Position numbers and translations under genes: made by a program. From Vicugna vicugna (lineage: Eukaryota): 64,000 bases of DNA. This document shows positions 44,249-56,841 of this stretch, piece after piece. Under the pieces are notes generated by a model. It searched no databases. It saw only the letters and a program-made list of their open reading frames with translations, and was not told the DNA's origin. How positions within the stretch are numbered: position 1 is the first letter of the stretch; every line of letters starts with the position of its first letter. The stretch lies in contig MU061814.1 in the NCBI GenBank assembly GCA_013265495.1, positions 5,893,684 through 5,957,683 on the forward strand, written 5' to 3'.

Positions 44249-44859
44249 CTCTGCTGCTGGCCTGGCTCCGGGGGCCCTCTGGGGATGTTCACCAAAAGTG
44301 GGAAATCTGGGGCAAGAGCAAGGAGTGAGGTCAGGAGAGCTGTACGCCCTGGGTCCAGGCTCAGACACACTCTCCTCTCCCACAGGCCAGGGGCCAAGGG
44401 AGCAGCAGCAGGGTCGAGAATTCTGCTAACGTGACGGGAGAGGGGTGTCTAGTCCAGGGAAGCTGGGCCCCATGATGCTGACCTGACTGAGACCAGCCCA
44501 GCCCTGGCCTCTTGAAGGGTCTCTGGGTCCTGCCCACAAGAAGCCAGGCAGGCTGCACGGGAAGGAGGCTGCCCAGAGACCAGGGAGAGCCCTGGGAACC
44601 CAGGGCTCCCGGCGCCACCCCCCAGAAGCCCCGCTTCCAGGCCTTTGCATTCCAAGGTCCCTCGGGCTCTGGGTCTCCTGACTCTCCCAAGGACAGCACC
44701 CCTTTTTCTGTGACATGAAGGTTGTCTCCTGGGAACAAGGCACCCACACCTGCCTGGATGGGGCCGTGGGAGGGGTCAGGAGAACAGAGCAGGTGGGAGG
44801 CAGGACCAGCAGCACCAGGGCTGCAGGAGGAAGCCGGACGGCGGGGAAGGGGTGGTGCC

Positions 44860-44940
44860 CAGCATAGCTGGGACTGAAACTGGTCCCTGCAGACACTGCT
44901 GGGCCTCAAAGGGAACTTCCGAGGGAAAGTTTGAGAGCGA
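44860..44940. promoter_or_regulatory. Possible relic HELZ2 interferon/NF-kB promoter elements
   Basis: GGGACTGAAACT at 44870-44881 (2 mismatches to GAAACTGAAACT); GGGAACTTCC at 44911-44920 fits the kB consensus; GGAAAGT at about 44924. Confidence 0.35.
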
Positions 44941-45199
44941 CACGAAGATGATGTTTGACAAGGAAATGATGGAGCCCTGAGCGCCCTGGGCTGGAGAACC
45001 CTCCTGCTCCAGGGATGCCAAACCAGGGGCCATCTGCAAATAGGGGTAAATGAGGGAATGCAGGAACAGGAAGAGCAGCCAAGAAGCGGCAGTTCAGCAG
45101 TAAGAGCCCTAGTTCCTCCTCAAGGGACACCTGGACAGCTGACACGGTCTTGAGCTCTGCAGGAGCCAAGGCCCCACCAGGTGGAGGGCGGGTTGATGC

Positions 45200-45449
45200 T
45201 GACTGACTCTCCTGGCTTCAATCAGCCAAAGCGTGGACTCCGTCGACCCTGGCCCCAAATCTGCTGAATTCTCCTTTGTTTGGGCCCCTTAACGAACACG
45301 CGCGCGCCCTCAGCTTAAGATTCCCCAGTTTTGCTGCTGAGGACACACTGCGTGGGATTCCTGCTGCCCTGACCTGCTGCAGCTAGTAACTGCTTCCTCC
45401 TCTCGATCTCTGGCTCAACACCAAGAGGTAAAGTCCGCTTTGGGTAACA
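45200..45449 (+). mobile_element. 3' part of an ERV LTR (family unresolved)
   Basis: cttaagattccccagttttgctgctgaggacacactgc...ctttgggtaaca ends in the LTR-type CA; visibly homologous to 49240-49518. Confidence 0.55.
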
Positions 45450-45482
45450 AAATGTTCTGGCATAGTTTTTCCCAAGAGCACT

Positions 45483-46220
45483 TGTTAAAGAAGGAAACAA
45501 TTGTACAAAACTTGCTTACAAAAATCAGAAGTACGAACAGAGAGACAACAACAGCAGCAGAAGTCAGAAGCAAGCCACGGGGCTGGGACGGAAGGCAGCC
45601 TGACCCTGCTGTGCTCCGAGGTCACGTCACACGCCTGCGTCCTGCTCGGCGGGAAGGAAGAGTGTACAGAAGGCGTCTCAGCACATGCACATCGTGACCT
45701 GTCCTCCAGGCCCTCTCTGGGTTGATGGGAGGGAAGGGGGCAGGGCACAGCCTTCAGAAGCATGACGCGGCCACTGGGGGCGCGACATGAGCTGCTTCGC
45801 GCCAACAAAGCCCACGATGGTGGAAGATTGGACTTCCAGTCGACCCTGAGCCTCATGATGCACTCACACAATACTTCAGCTGCCACGTGACACCCCCACA
45901 GGCGCCGTGACAGTCCTGAGCTGACCATACAAGGCCCCAAAGTGGACTCCGGGAAGTCCCCGCCCCTTTCCCAAAATAGTTGGGATAATCCCCCCACTTG
46001 TTAGCGTCTAAAGTTCCCGAGCCCATAAAACCACCGCACCCAGGGCCTGTCGTGCTGGGACGGCCCACCCTCTGTCCAGGGACTGTGCATCTCCCTGAAT
46101 AAATCCGCTTTCATTTTACTTCTGAATTCTTTCCTGCATGAAGCCAAGGACCCTCACTCTCAGGGACTTCCTGGAGACCAGGGACATGACCACCCTCACA
46201 GACCCCCATCACCCTGCATC
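45483..46220 (+). mobile_element. Solo ERV1-type LTR
   Basis: Starts tgttaaag; TATA-like cataaaa at about 46024; AATAAA at 46098-46103; then gaattctttcctgcatgaagccaaggaccc and a ccctgcatc end, typical of cetartiodactyl LTRs. Confidence 0.7.
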
Positions 46221-46789
46221 GCCCTCTGGCCTCACAGGCATCCAGAGCCAATAGCCCGTTTCCTCATCTCAGCAGGAATTCTCCCCCAAACTCCAGACGC
46301 AGGGTTCCTCAACCTCTTCAGCCCTCCCTCTCCTTGTCAAGCAGGCCTCACCCTAACCCTGGACCCCTCTGCCCTCCCTACGTCATCAGCAGGTCCGTCC
46401 ACACTGGCCTCCCTGTTAGAACAGTCCTTTCAAAACTCTGCTCTGGGAGGGACGTGGAGGGACGTGGAGGGACGAGGTGGGACTAAGTCTAGGAAAGGAC
46501 AGTGGCCACAGCCTTCATCATGTGAGTGAAGCACGGAGTCTCCGTATCTCCCCAGGGTCCCTACCAACCACAAAGGGAAAGGTGGCTTTGTGGTGCAGAC
46601 GCCCAGGGACAGGATGTCAGCACAAACAGGACAGCCTGACTTCATGGGCTCTGGGCACGACGCACAGGGGCTCACAGGCAAACCTTAACCAGTCTCAAGG
46701 AAACATCACAGACTCGGCAAATGACCCTCAGAACGTCCAGACGCAGAACGTGGCCTGGGTTCTCAGAGGGGATTTGTCAGGAAAGCACG

Positions 46790-46960
46790 CGTGTGAAATT
46801 ACTAGACGGTTCCAATTTGAATTGGCATCTGTAATATTGCATCGATGCTGAACTTCCTCTTGACAACTGACAAGAAGCACCAGTTCCCACATGAAGCAGG
46901 AGGGGTAAACGGCATGGTGCCTGCAACTTGCTCAGACGGTTCAGAAATGAAAGTTCTTAC
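46790..46960 (+). mobile_element. Old L1 (L1MC/MD-like) 3' fragment
   Basis: gaagcaggaggggtaaacggcatggtgcctgcaacttgctcagacggttcagaaa resembles the ancient L1 3' UTR. Confidence 0.55.
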
Positions 46961-48499
46961 AGACGACAAACCACACAGGACACGATGTGAGCAGCTGGTC
47001 AGTCTAGAGTACATGAAAGTTCTTTGCACATTTACTACACATTTGTGTGCATTTGTTTGAAATGACATTAAATTAAAAAGTCACAGAATCATCCTCTGAC
47101 CCCCTTGCTAACGCTCCCCTCTAAGGCCCGCTGCCTTTGCCTGAAGACACTGGAAAAGCCCCAGAGGCCCCCCGCGGCATCTCCGTAGGGCCCAGCCACG
47201 TCCACCTGCAGTATGGTCTGGTCCTCGGCGGGGCCCAGCAGCCTCACCCAGCAGAACCCACCCAGCAAGACACCCACCCCAGCAGAACTTTAAGGGCCGT
47301 CAAGAACCCCCCAAGGACACACCCAGCGACCCTCCCAGAAGGGAGGGCGGTCACACCCCGGCCCAGGAGCAAGTGGGTTGCTGAGTCCACGGATGGGAGG
47401 GTCCCCGATCGCATCAGCATCCCAGGGGGTCCTGGTTTAGCTTGTGGGGAGGGATCAGCCTTCCCCTGGCTCATGGGGAAAGGGTCACAGGGGACACATC
47501 CCACTGGGAATAGGGGATGGGTCGGGGGGCGATCTGACCACGAGGTGACACCCCAGGAAGGGTCTCCACCGTGGCTAGCCCCCGCTGCTCTCCCTGACCT
47601 GACTCCAAAATGCCTCTGCATGGTGGGCTCTCACCTCCACCCATGCACCCCCACCCCACAACCTGAACCTCTTCAGGGGCCCCCAGACCAGTCCCTGAGC
47701 AGAGGGCCATCCTGGTGAAGACGCTGGACAAGCGCACCCTCCCCCCCAGGAGGAGCTGGCAGCCGCACCCCTTCCTGCCCCCACCTGAGGTCTGACTACT
47801 GGCAGGTCCTCCTCCAGGGCAGGGCCTTATGGGCTGAGGGTTCCTCCCTGTACCCCAGGCCCACCGCCCACCATCCTGGGTGCCCTGTCTCCATGGGGTC
47901 TTCCCCAGAATGACCTGCTGGAGATGCCCCAGTGACAACGAGGGAGGGTGGGGTGGGCTGCACCCCAGTCCCACAACGCACCCTGACCGAACACGCGGAC
48001 TCCAGGCAGGGCCTGTGCGCAGAGTCTGCCGTGACTGGGGGTCCAGTTGGGCCTCCAATGCCAGAGCCCGCATCCTGCCTGGAGACGCAGACGAGGCTTG
48101 CTCCCGAGGCCGGAGATCTGAGTTCACACTCCTGGCCACACAGCCCACCGGGGTCTCCAGGACCTGCTGCTGCAGGAGGGGTTGGCCGCTGATGGAGTGT
48201 CGTCTGCGTGGCAGATGCTGGGCTGCAGGGGACGCGATCCTGCCTGTGGCCCGGAACACGTGGAGCGCGGGACAGAGCCCACCGCCCATGCTGGGGGAGG
48301 CACGGGGCAGGGGGAGGGGTCCCACGCCCACAGGCCCTCAGCTGGTCTTGGAAGGGCGCTGGCCCAGGGCAAGGGCAGGCCACCCCACAGGCGCTGCTGG
48401 GGCCTCTCACCGAAAGCAGCTCAAGGGAGATCATCAGCATCTAAGCTGAATCGCAGAGCTTTTAGGAAAAAGAACACTTCACAGCCTTGGGGCAGGCAA

Positions 48500-48840
48500 G
48501 TATTTCTTTCAAAGGACATGAAAAGCACTTTTAAAAAGATCGATAAACTGGATTTCATAAACATCGAAAACTTCTGTTCTTTAAAAGATGCCCATGAGAA
48601 AAATGAAAAGACAGAGCATCGACTGAAAGAAGAAGCTCAGCATACACATATTTGATGAAGAACTGTATTTTCTGAATCTTAAAACTCAACAAATTTGAAA
48701 AGCCCAGTTTTCTTGGAACGAACAAAATAATTGAACAGACACCTCATACTGAAAAGTATACAAGAGACCACATGCATTTGAAAAGGAGCTCAAATCCCTG
48801 GCCGCCAGGGAAATGCCAGCCAAAGCCAGAGCGACACGCT
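48500..48840 (+). mobile_element. L1 ORF2 3' fragment
   Basis: Translates to KKIDKLDFINIENFCSLKD; also aaactcaacaa, gaacagacacctc and agggaaatgc. Confidence 0.8.
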
Positions 48841-49044
48841 GGGAACCCGCTGGGAAGGCTCGGTTTGGGAAGACTGGCGGTACCGGTGGACGGGGCGCCG
48901 CGGGGCAGGCGGTCCCGGAGAAGGAGGACCAGGCCTAGCTTTCTTGGCACGAGAAGCCGTTTTCGGCCTCCCCGTTCCATGATCTGAGCTGTTCCCAATG
49001 CTTGGCCTTGAACAGGAGCAGGTCTCAGTAATAAGATTTTTTCT

Positions 49045-49157
49045 ATTCATTTTTTATTTTGGGGGAGGCAATCAGGCTTTTATTTGTCTGCTTATTTTTA
49101 ATTAATATTTTTAATGCATGCTAGGCACATACTCTGACCCTGAGCTACATCCTCCCC
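49045..49157 (-). mobile_element. tRNA-derived camelid-type SINE (vic-1-like), internally deleted
   Basis: Reverse strand reads ggggaggatgtagctcagggtcagagtatgtgcctagcatgc (A box), followed by the tail cctgattgcctccccc. Confidence 0.7.
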
Positions 49158-49239
49158 AGGATAAGACCTTAAGGGAACAGAAGAACAAAGGACTGGAACC
49201 AGCAGGAGAAGCGGCAGGGGCAGAGACAGTGCGTCAGCC

Positions 49240-49518
49240 TTTCCGACTCTCCCGGCTTTCATCGCTGCAGCTCAGACTCTGTGTGCCTTAGCCCCGAGTC
49301 TACGCCGAACTCTCCCCCCCTGCTCAGGCCCCTTCACCAACATGCACGCAGCCTTAGCTTAAAACCTCCCCGGTTTTGCTGCTGGGGAGCCACTGCCTGG
49401 GAAAGGCCCGCGGTGCCCTCCTTACCCGCTGCGACTCCTGCACCTTCCTCCTGGCCATCCTTGGCGCCGTGGTCTGTCAGCTTCACACCCTCCGGGAGTG
49501 CGTGCTGGTTCCAGGAGC
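49240..49518 (+). mobile_element. LTR fragment, same family as 45200-45449
   Basis: Shares gccccttcaccaacatgcacgcagccttagcttaaaacctccccggttttgctgctggggagccactgc with the 45.3 kb copy. Confidence 0.55.
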
Positions 49519-49559
49519 AGAGCCGGACTCAGCCGCAGCACCGTGCCGCCCCCACTCCG

Positions 49560-52500
49560 CCCTCGGGACGTCGTTCCGCCCGCACCTCTGAATCAGGCTA
49601 TGAAATTAATCCTGGGAAATTGTGCCTCAAAGGCCAGACGCTTCCTGTGCGGGCAGCTGATCAGCTGGGTTTACGTGTGCTTGCGAGTACTTAGTTGACA
49701 GCTGAAGGAAATCGGGCCCTACGTGGCCAAGACGGGGTTCTTCTGGGCTCCGAAACTGAATTTTGAGCACGCGGTTAGAGCTGGCAGCCTTCTGTGCCTG
49801 CAGGGTCTGCTGGAAACAGCCGTGGTAAGTGTTTGCCCTTTTCTGAAACTAGATTAGCGGGAGAAACACAGGGCTAGCCCTTGGAGCCTTGGGATTGGAA
49901 GGTCTGCTAAATTGTTGAAATTTTAGAGAGCTCTCATCTCATACCATTGCACCCATTTTCTTTCTTTATTTGTTTCAACTTTTCAATCATAGTGCACACC
50001 CCCTCCATTTCTTCTTCTTTTCCTTTGATCCTATCTGACCAGGTGTTTTGAAGCTTTTCGATATTTTGGACAAAGTTCCCAAGGTCAAATTCTAAATGAA
50101 GTTCACTTGACCTCCAGCTAACTTGAAGGTTTTCCAGAGGGTCACAGGAATACCTCAGAACACTCGTTTTTCTCTCCATCTCAGAGACAGAGATTAAATT
50201 AACCAGGCTTGTTGGGTATGTCAAATTACATGGGAAACTTTACCTAATGAGTGGGGATACAGCGTCTTAGGTTGTGCCATACAGGTGAATGCTATTAACA
50301 CAGATGTTCTAGACATCATATGGAACTCCCGAAGTTCTGGTGTGTCCTGGTAAATGAGCTCAGTCACGATTTTAGTAGTTATCGTAAATTGTTGTATGTC
50401 CCAGGAACCACCTTTCTTCTTGTCGGTCGCATTGTAATCAGATCTTTAACCTCACATTTTTAAAGACTTTCGTCATTTATGGACAGTTATGATTTTATCC
50501 TGATGTTTTGGCAAAAATGCTTCATCTTCAAAAAGATTCATAGAAGACTTTTTGGCAGGTACAGGTTTCTGATAACTTTCAGATCATAATGCTGAACTGG
50601 GTAAGAAATTAAAGAATTTCTTCTGGAAAATCTGATGGCTGCATAAAACTGTTAACAGAAGATCACGGATCAGTCACATAGGGCTGAGCAAACGTATGAG
50701 TATGGGTATAATTTTAGTTTTTCTCTCTGAAATATTACTTACTGGGTTTTAATCTGCGTTTTCCAGATACAAGGAACCCTTTGGACTATACCCCGCAAGT
50801 AGAATTGCAACATTGATCCTTTCCCTCTACCTGATCCCTCCAGAATCTGGAATCTCTTAGGTTCCCAGCAGCTTTTTCAGGAATATAAAGAAGTCCAATT
50901 CCCAACTGGTACAGGAATCTCCAGGCAATCTGGGGACGTCAAGGAGAGAGGAATTCACCCACATCTGTCGATATCACAGATGGAGTCCACGACACACCTC
51001 TGGCCTGGCTTTCTTGGCCTGGGTGTTTTTAAAGTTTAGCCTGAGGATTCCTCAGGAGAAGTTTTAGCACAGCCAATTTAAAGAGTCTACGTGGTCAGTT
51101 AACCAAACTTATCTCACAAACAATTAGTCTTAATTTGGCTATATTTGGTAGGGAAATGAGGGTAGTTTTAGAGAGAAGGTTGTGTTTCAGTGGGTATTAA
51201 ATTCTGGTTTTGCTAATTGAGGTCTGTGTCTACTGGCTAAGACTCACCTTCCGGACCACGCCCTGTAAAGTTTGTTATTAAAAGGTCACTCTAAGTTTGT
51301 TTCTGAAGCTCATCACGAACTTTGGAAGAAGACTGGATTCACCACGACCTGCAACCAGGAGATTACTCATGCTGGACAAGACATCAGATAAAGTGCTCTT
51401 TGCAGCCGGTTTGGAAGATACCTCATCAAGCCTCTCCCGAATGAACTGCAAGTCCTGTTTCTTTCTTTCTTTCTCTGTCTTATGAGGGGGAGGTCATTGA
51501 GTCTATTTGTTTATTTATATGTGGAGGAGGTGCTGGGGATGGAACCCAGGACCTCCTGCATGCTAAGCGTGCTCTCTGCCACCTGCGCGGCACCCGCCCC
51601 CCGGAACTCCTGCTTCTGACCTGCGGCTTCAGTTGGGACCAGCACTGCCCGACCAGGACGAGACGATGACACCCGAAGCAGACGGCTGAGCCAAGACGCC
51701 AGGCCAGGCCTGCAGCACGTAAGGTGACAACTGCTCACAGTTTTGCTTATGAACCAGTGTGTTTCCTCCTTGGGCTCAATCATACGCAAGTTTCAAAAAT
51801 CAATCCAAATGCTGAGTTTGTGGCCAGTTACCTACGCCTCGTGCTCCCAGGTGGACTTGGTGGATTTCTCTCCTCCAAGGCTCTAACTGAACGGCCTTGA
51901 GAAATTTTGTTTTAAAAGCACCGTACGAGCTAATGTTACCACCAATATCACTAAGCGAGACCCTCTTACTTGGCCAATTAGCGGGGACTATACTGAACTG
52001 GGCCATAAATACGGCTTTTCACCAGATGTTGACTATTGAGTAGCTCCTAACAGGACCCAGTGGTTGAGGAAGCACGGTCACGAGCTTTGTTCGGGGTATG
52101 CTCCGTTGGTTTCCTCTGAGCTCAGGTCGCCTACGGGCAGCCGTGCAAACAGCCCCTGTCAATCTGCGACATCAGTCTGTAACATGAGCAAGCTGGTTTC
52201 TGTCAGGTTCCCAGTGATATGATCGTTTGGCCACAGTATTTGTTGACTCATCTTATGACCCATCAAGTGTCAGATTTCTGCTCTGAATGATCTTCCCAGT
52301 TCGGAGAATACCAGGGAAATGGTTTAGTTCAGGAAGATCTTGACTTAAATCTTCGCTAATGACATTTTGGTGATCATCGTGAAACCTGTAAGGTGCTAGC
52401 TCCTTGCCTTTCATGGTGCGTCGTCTGCTCTAAGATAATGATGCCTAAGCGACCTGAAACTATAGATCACGTCTAGAGTTCTCTATATCGTGATGGACAT

Positions 52501-53194
52501 ACACCATGCGCATGTGAAAACATAGGCTTCAGTCTTACTGAACTAGAACCGGCTCTCAGTCCTTGCCGAACAGTCTTCTAGTATAGCCCCCACCCCCAGG
52601 CCCGAGAGAGAGAACTGGCTGTTAGGACCCTGCACTGAGGGGCGCGACGGGCCCGAGGCAGGCAAGCAGCCACCCTGGCATCAAGGGACCAAACGTTTGC
52701 TCGCCTAAAGCTTTCTGCTGAAAGACTAATGATCAAAGAGGGGGAAGTTGTGAAACAAAATTCACATTTTACGGCAAAACAAGGATTTAAACGTGGTTTT
52801 TTTCTCTGCCCGTTGGCCTCTTCTCTCCCAGCACTGTGCACTGTGTGTCTGCGTTATGTGTTGACCAGACCTCCCCGCTCCTCAGAAATGCCTGCCCGAC
52901 CGTAAAAAGCAGCGTTCTCCCAGCATCAGCGGGACGTCTCCTTAAAGACAACACTCCTTCTTGGTCCCGTGAGGGGCCGTGACGACGCTTAAACCTGGAC
53001 TGTGTGAACCGTCAGTGAGGCGCCGTGTAACATGCAGCCCTCTGTCTCAAAGTTCCCTAACTGCCTTGACTCCCTGTGGGCAGAACCGTTCTCAGAGGAT
53101 TCTGAGATGCTGTTCCTGGGTTATAATCCTCAATTTGGCCCAAATAAAATTTCCATTTCTTTCTTAGATCAACTGATTAACTTTTCATCCGCAC
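49560..53194 (+). mobile_element. Degenerate noncoding ERV1 (MER4/MER34-group-like) provirus
   Basis: 5' LTR remnant ending ttagttgaca at about 49699; leader splice donor gtg|gtaagt at 49825; AT-rich internal region with no gag/pol ORFs; polypurine tract aaagagggggaag at 52735-52747; 3' LTR 52749-53194 (tgt...ca, AATAAA at 53143-53148). Confidence 0.7.
51484..51602 (-). mobile_element. tRNA-derived camelid-type SINE (vic-1-like) inserted in the ERV
   Basis: Reverse strand reads ...agagagcacgcttagcatgcaggaggtcctgggttccatccccagcacctcc...aaataaacaaatagactcaatgacctccccc (B box plus diagnostic tail). Confidence 0.8.
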
Positions 53195-53479
53195 AACCTA
53201 GAACGTAGTGGGGGAAGCCCACAAAGTAAACAGGATGAGGAGGAAGTGTTATTCAGTGCAAGTGGGAACCCACCAAAAACAGTGTTTTTCAAACTTTTTG
53301 CCTGGAATCTGCAACCGAAGTTTCCCAAGTACCACTTTGACTCCACGTGACGCACACTGCGCCTTCTATCCTGCTCTCCTTGTTCCCTCTGTTCGGCTGT
53401 ATCCTACTATCTTCATGTTTAAGAGAACACAATCTTCTAAACTGACTCCACAAACACTAAAATGTTACCGTCTGTTTGA

Positions 53480-55150
53480 AAGACAGTAACCAAGAAGCTA
53501 TGTCAACCATTATCAACCAGAAGCCAAACCTTAAAATACACAGAGCACCCAGTTTGACCTATAGATTTAGGGCAATCCCAGTCAAAGTCCCAGCAGGTTA
53601 TTCTGTGGACATCGGCAAGGGTCACGTCGGGGGGAAACAAAAGACCCAGAAGAGCCAACACGATACTGAGGAAGAAGAACGAAGTCAGAGGACGGACACC
53701 GCCCGACTTCGAGACTCACTGTAGAGCTGCAGGAATCAGGACAGTGGTGCTGGTGAAAGAACAAACAGATCAATGGGGCCGAACAGAGAGCCCAGAAACA
53801 GACCCACAGACAGACTCCAGTGGTCTTTGACAAAACAGCAGAGACAGTCTCTTCAACAAACGGTGCTGGAACCACCGGACGCCCACCCACGTGCGAAGGT
53901 GAATCGAGACCCAGGCCTGGCACCACGCACAGAACGAGCTCAGAGTGGGTCTCAGACCTAGAAGCAAAACGCAACACTCCTGGAAGGTAACACGGAAGAA
54001 AATCTAGGTGATCCTGGGTATGGCGATGACTCCTAGGTACACCACCAAAGGTGTGATCTGTGAAAGAAATGCTAGATAAGTAAGACTTCATTAAAATAAA
54101 AAAATAGGTCCTGCAAAAGATAGTATTAGGAGAACTAGAAGACACGCCACAAACTAGGGGAGTATATTTGCAAAAGACACACCTGATAAAGGACTGTTAC
54201 CCAAATACACAAAGAATTCTGAAAACTCAACAATAACAAAACAAACAACCCGATTTAAAAACGGCCAAGTACTTTAACAGACACCTCACCAAAGAAGACA
54301 TACAAATGGCAATTCTCAAAACTCAGAAGCAACCAAGACGTCCTTCTGCAGGTGAATAAATAATAAACTGGGGTGCATCCAGACAGTGGAATATTATTCA
54401 GCACTAATCGAAATGAGCTGCCAAGTCATGAAAAGTCATGGAGGAAACTTAAATGCACTTAACTAAGTGAAGAAAGCCAGCGTGAAAAGGCTACAGACTG
54501 AGTGAACCCAACTGCATGACATTCTGGAAAAGACAAAACTATGCAGACGGCGAAAGGATCAGGGGTTGCCAGGGGCTGGGGAGATGGCAGGAGGAACAGG
54601 TGGAGCCCGGGGGACTTCAAGGCAGTGAAACCCCTCGGTGTGATGCTGTGCTGGTGGGTGCACACCACCATACACGTGTCCAGATCCGCAGATGCACAAG
54701 CAAGAGTGAGCCCTGGCGTCAACTTCAGGCTCTAGTGACAGCATCCTGTCCGTGTAGGCTCACTGGCTTTAACAAATTTCCCACTGTCATGAGGCTGTTG
54801 GAGAGGCCTTGCCGGGGGTAGGGGGCATACAGGAAATCTCTGTATTTCCCACTCAAGTTTGGTGTGAACCTAAAAATAAATATGAATAATAAATAAATAA
54901 AATACATGATGTATTTTAAAGTATTTTATTTAAGAGATGTCAAATCAATTCACTGGACAAATTGGAGACTGTAAGTCACCTCTCTCAGAAACCAAAAGAT
55001 CAAGCTGAACAAAAAACAAATCCAAGTATAGAAACAAAAAACAAATCCAACAGCTAGTTAACTAGCCTGTTCCAAAAGATGCGAAACCCACTTGGCCAAG
55101 AGAAAACACACGTTTTGTTTTCAAGCACACACGGCACTTACAAGAACTGA
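53480..55150 (+). mobile_element. Old L1 (L1MB-like) ORF2 3' end plus 3' UTR, followed by an ORF2 endonuclease-region fragment
   Basis: LTYRFRAIPVKVP matches L1 LIYRFNAIPIKIP; aaagacagtctcttcaacaaacggtgctgg; ggaaacttaaatgca; A-rich tail at 54870-54905. Confidence 0.88.
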
Positions 55151-56841
55151 TGTGGTACAGGCACCCAGCTGGGTGGTGGGGACCCCGAGATAGGGGACCT
55201 AGGCTGGGGCTGCGTGGGGACTGGAGGGACATTTGGGAGATGAAGATCATGTGGGACAGGGCGGGGAGTCCCTCCCGAGGACACCTGGGCTCTGGAGACC
55301 CGACACACATCTGGTCCGCACACCCTGCCATATACAAGTGCCCCTCCCAACCTGCGGACTCCCGCATCGGTTCTGCCAACGTGGGGCCCAGCCACACTGC
55401 AGGGAGTGCGTCTGGGATGGACCGTGCGCTCCCCATGTCCCTGGGAGGGGTGGGCCTTCTGTCTGTCGACTGGCTGTGTTGAGGCTGCACCTGTGCCCTT
55501 TGACCCTCTTCAACGTTTTCACTGATCAAAGAACAGGTTTTTGTGGGTGTTCTGCAAATCACTGGAGGATAAAAGTTGAGTTAGAAGGGCCTGCCTCACC
55601 TTCAAGCCCCCACCCTTTCTGGACCCTGCTCCCCACCAGCCCTGCTCTGCTCCTGGCAGTCCTGGCCAGCCCAAGGCTGCAGGAACCAGTGTACACAGGC
55701 CACAGCTGAGTGAGGCGCCAGGTGCAAGCTGGATCCACTACCAGAGTTTGGACCTTCAGAGGAGGAAGCAGCTGGTGCTTGGAGTCAGGGTCCCCGCTGC
55801 CCTGGGTCCAGGTGCTGAGTGTCCGCCACCCTGAGCCTTGGTGTGCTTCCCTGCACGCCTTCTCCACAGTAACGACACTAACAAGTGCTCAGCCACACCC
55901 CTCCCAAGCAGCCTCGTAGGGGTCCACCCCTCCCTGGGCATCTGTGGGCCCTCAGATCTGGTGGCCCAGGAGACAGTTCTGGGGGCAGCACCATCCACCC
56001 AGTTGCTCCGGCCAGCCTCCTAAGACCTCCCCTCCAGACGCGGCACCCTCCGCCACTCCGGGGCCATGGGGACTGCACTCCTGCCCTCCCACTGCCCGCC
56101 CTCCGCGCAGTGGTCTCTCCTGGCCACCCAGATGCTCCGTTCATGTCCCTACACCACCGTCCACTCCTGACATTTCCTCTTGGGTGGTTCCCAGGCCAGA
56201 GGACGTGAATCTTTGAGCAGGAGCCTCAGCCTTGCTCAGAGGAGGCAGTGCTGAACTGTGCCCACCAAACGGGCATCGCACAGGCTCCACACCAGCTGCT
56301 CCACGGCTGAGGGCACGGTAAGGGCAGCAGGGCCACCCGCCCATCTGGGCTACGGAGCCCCCTCCCCACGCCTTGCCCACGCACACGCGTGAGGAGGACC
56401 CTGAGGCGTGGCCGGGGGCTTTCCTCCTTAGTGAGGAGGGGGCACCGTGGTCATGAGACCCCTAGGAAGGGCTGTACTGGGAGCAAGAGACCGAGGACAC
56501 AAAGGGACCCACTTGGCCACCACTGGCCTAGGCACTCAAGGCTCGGTCAGCAACTGCCACTTCCAACTCAGGGCCAACCAGGCAAAGCCGAAGGTGCCCC
56601 CCAAACCGGTTGTGAGGCCAGCCACCCCCGTGAGCCGCACAGACCTTCGCTGCCCCAGCTTCCCTGCTTCTGCGAGCATGTATCTGTTCTCTGCCCAGGC
56701 AGGCAGGCCACAAGCACAGGTGCTGGGGACATGGCAGGAAGACCCCAGCCCTGGGTGCCGGCAGGAGCTGCATCCCCAGGGACGGGCCCCAACATGGACA
56801 GCCTTTCAGCACAAGAGGCAAACACGAGATATGAAAAATGT

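Noticed and set aside
49934-52841. Short ORFs within the ERV as gag/pol/env remnants
   Set aside because: No recognisable retroviral motifs (e.g. YxDD, CX2CX4HX4C, CKS-17) in the translations.
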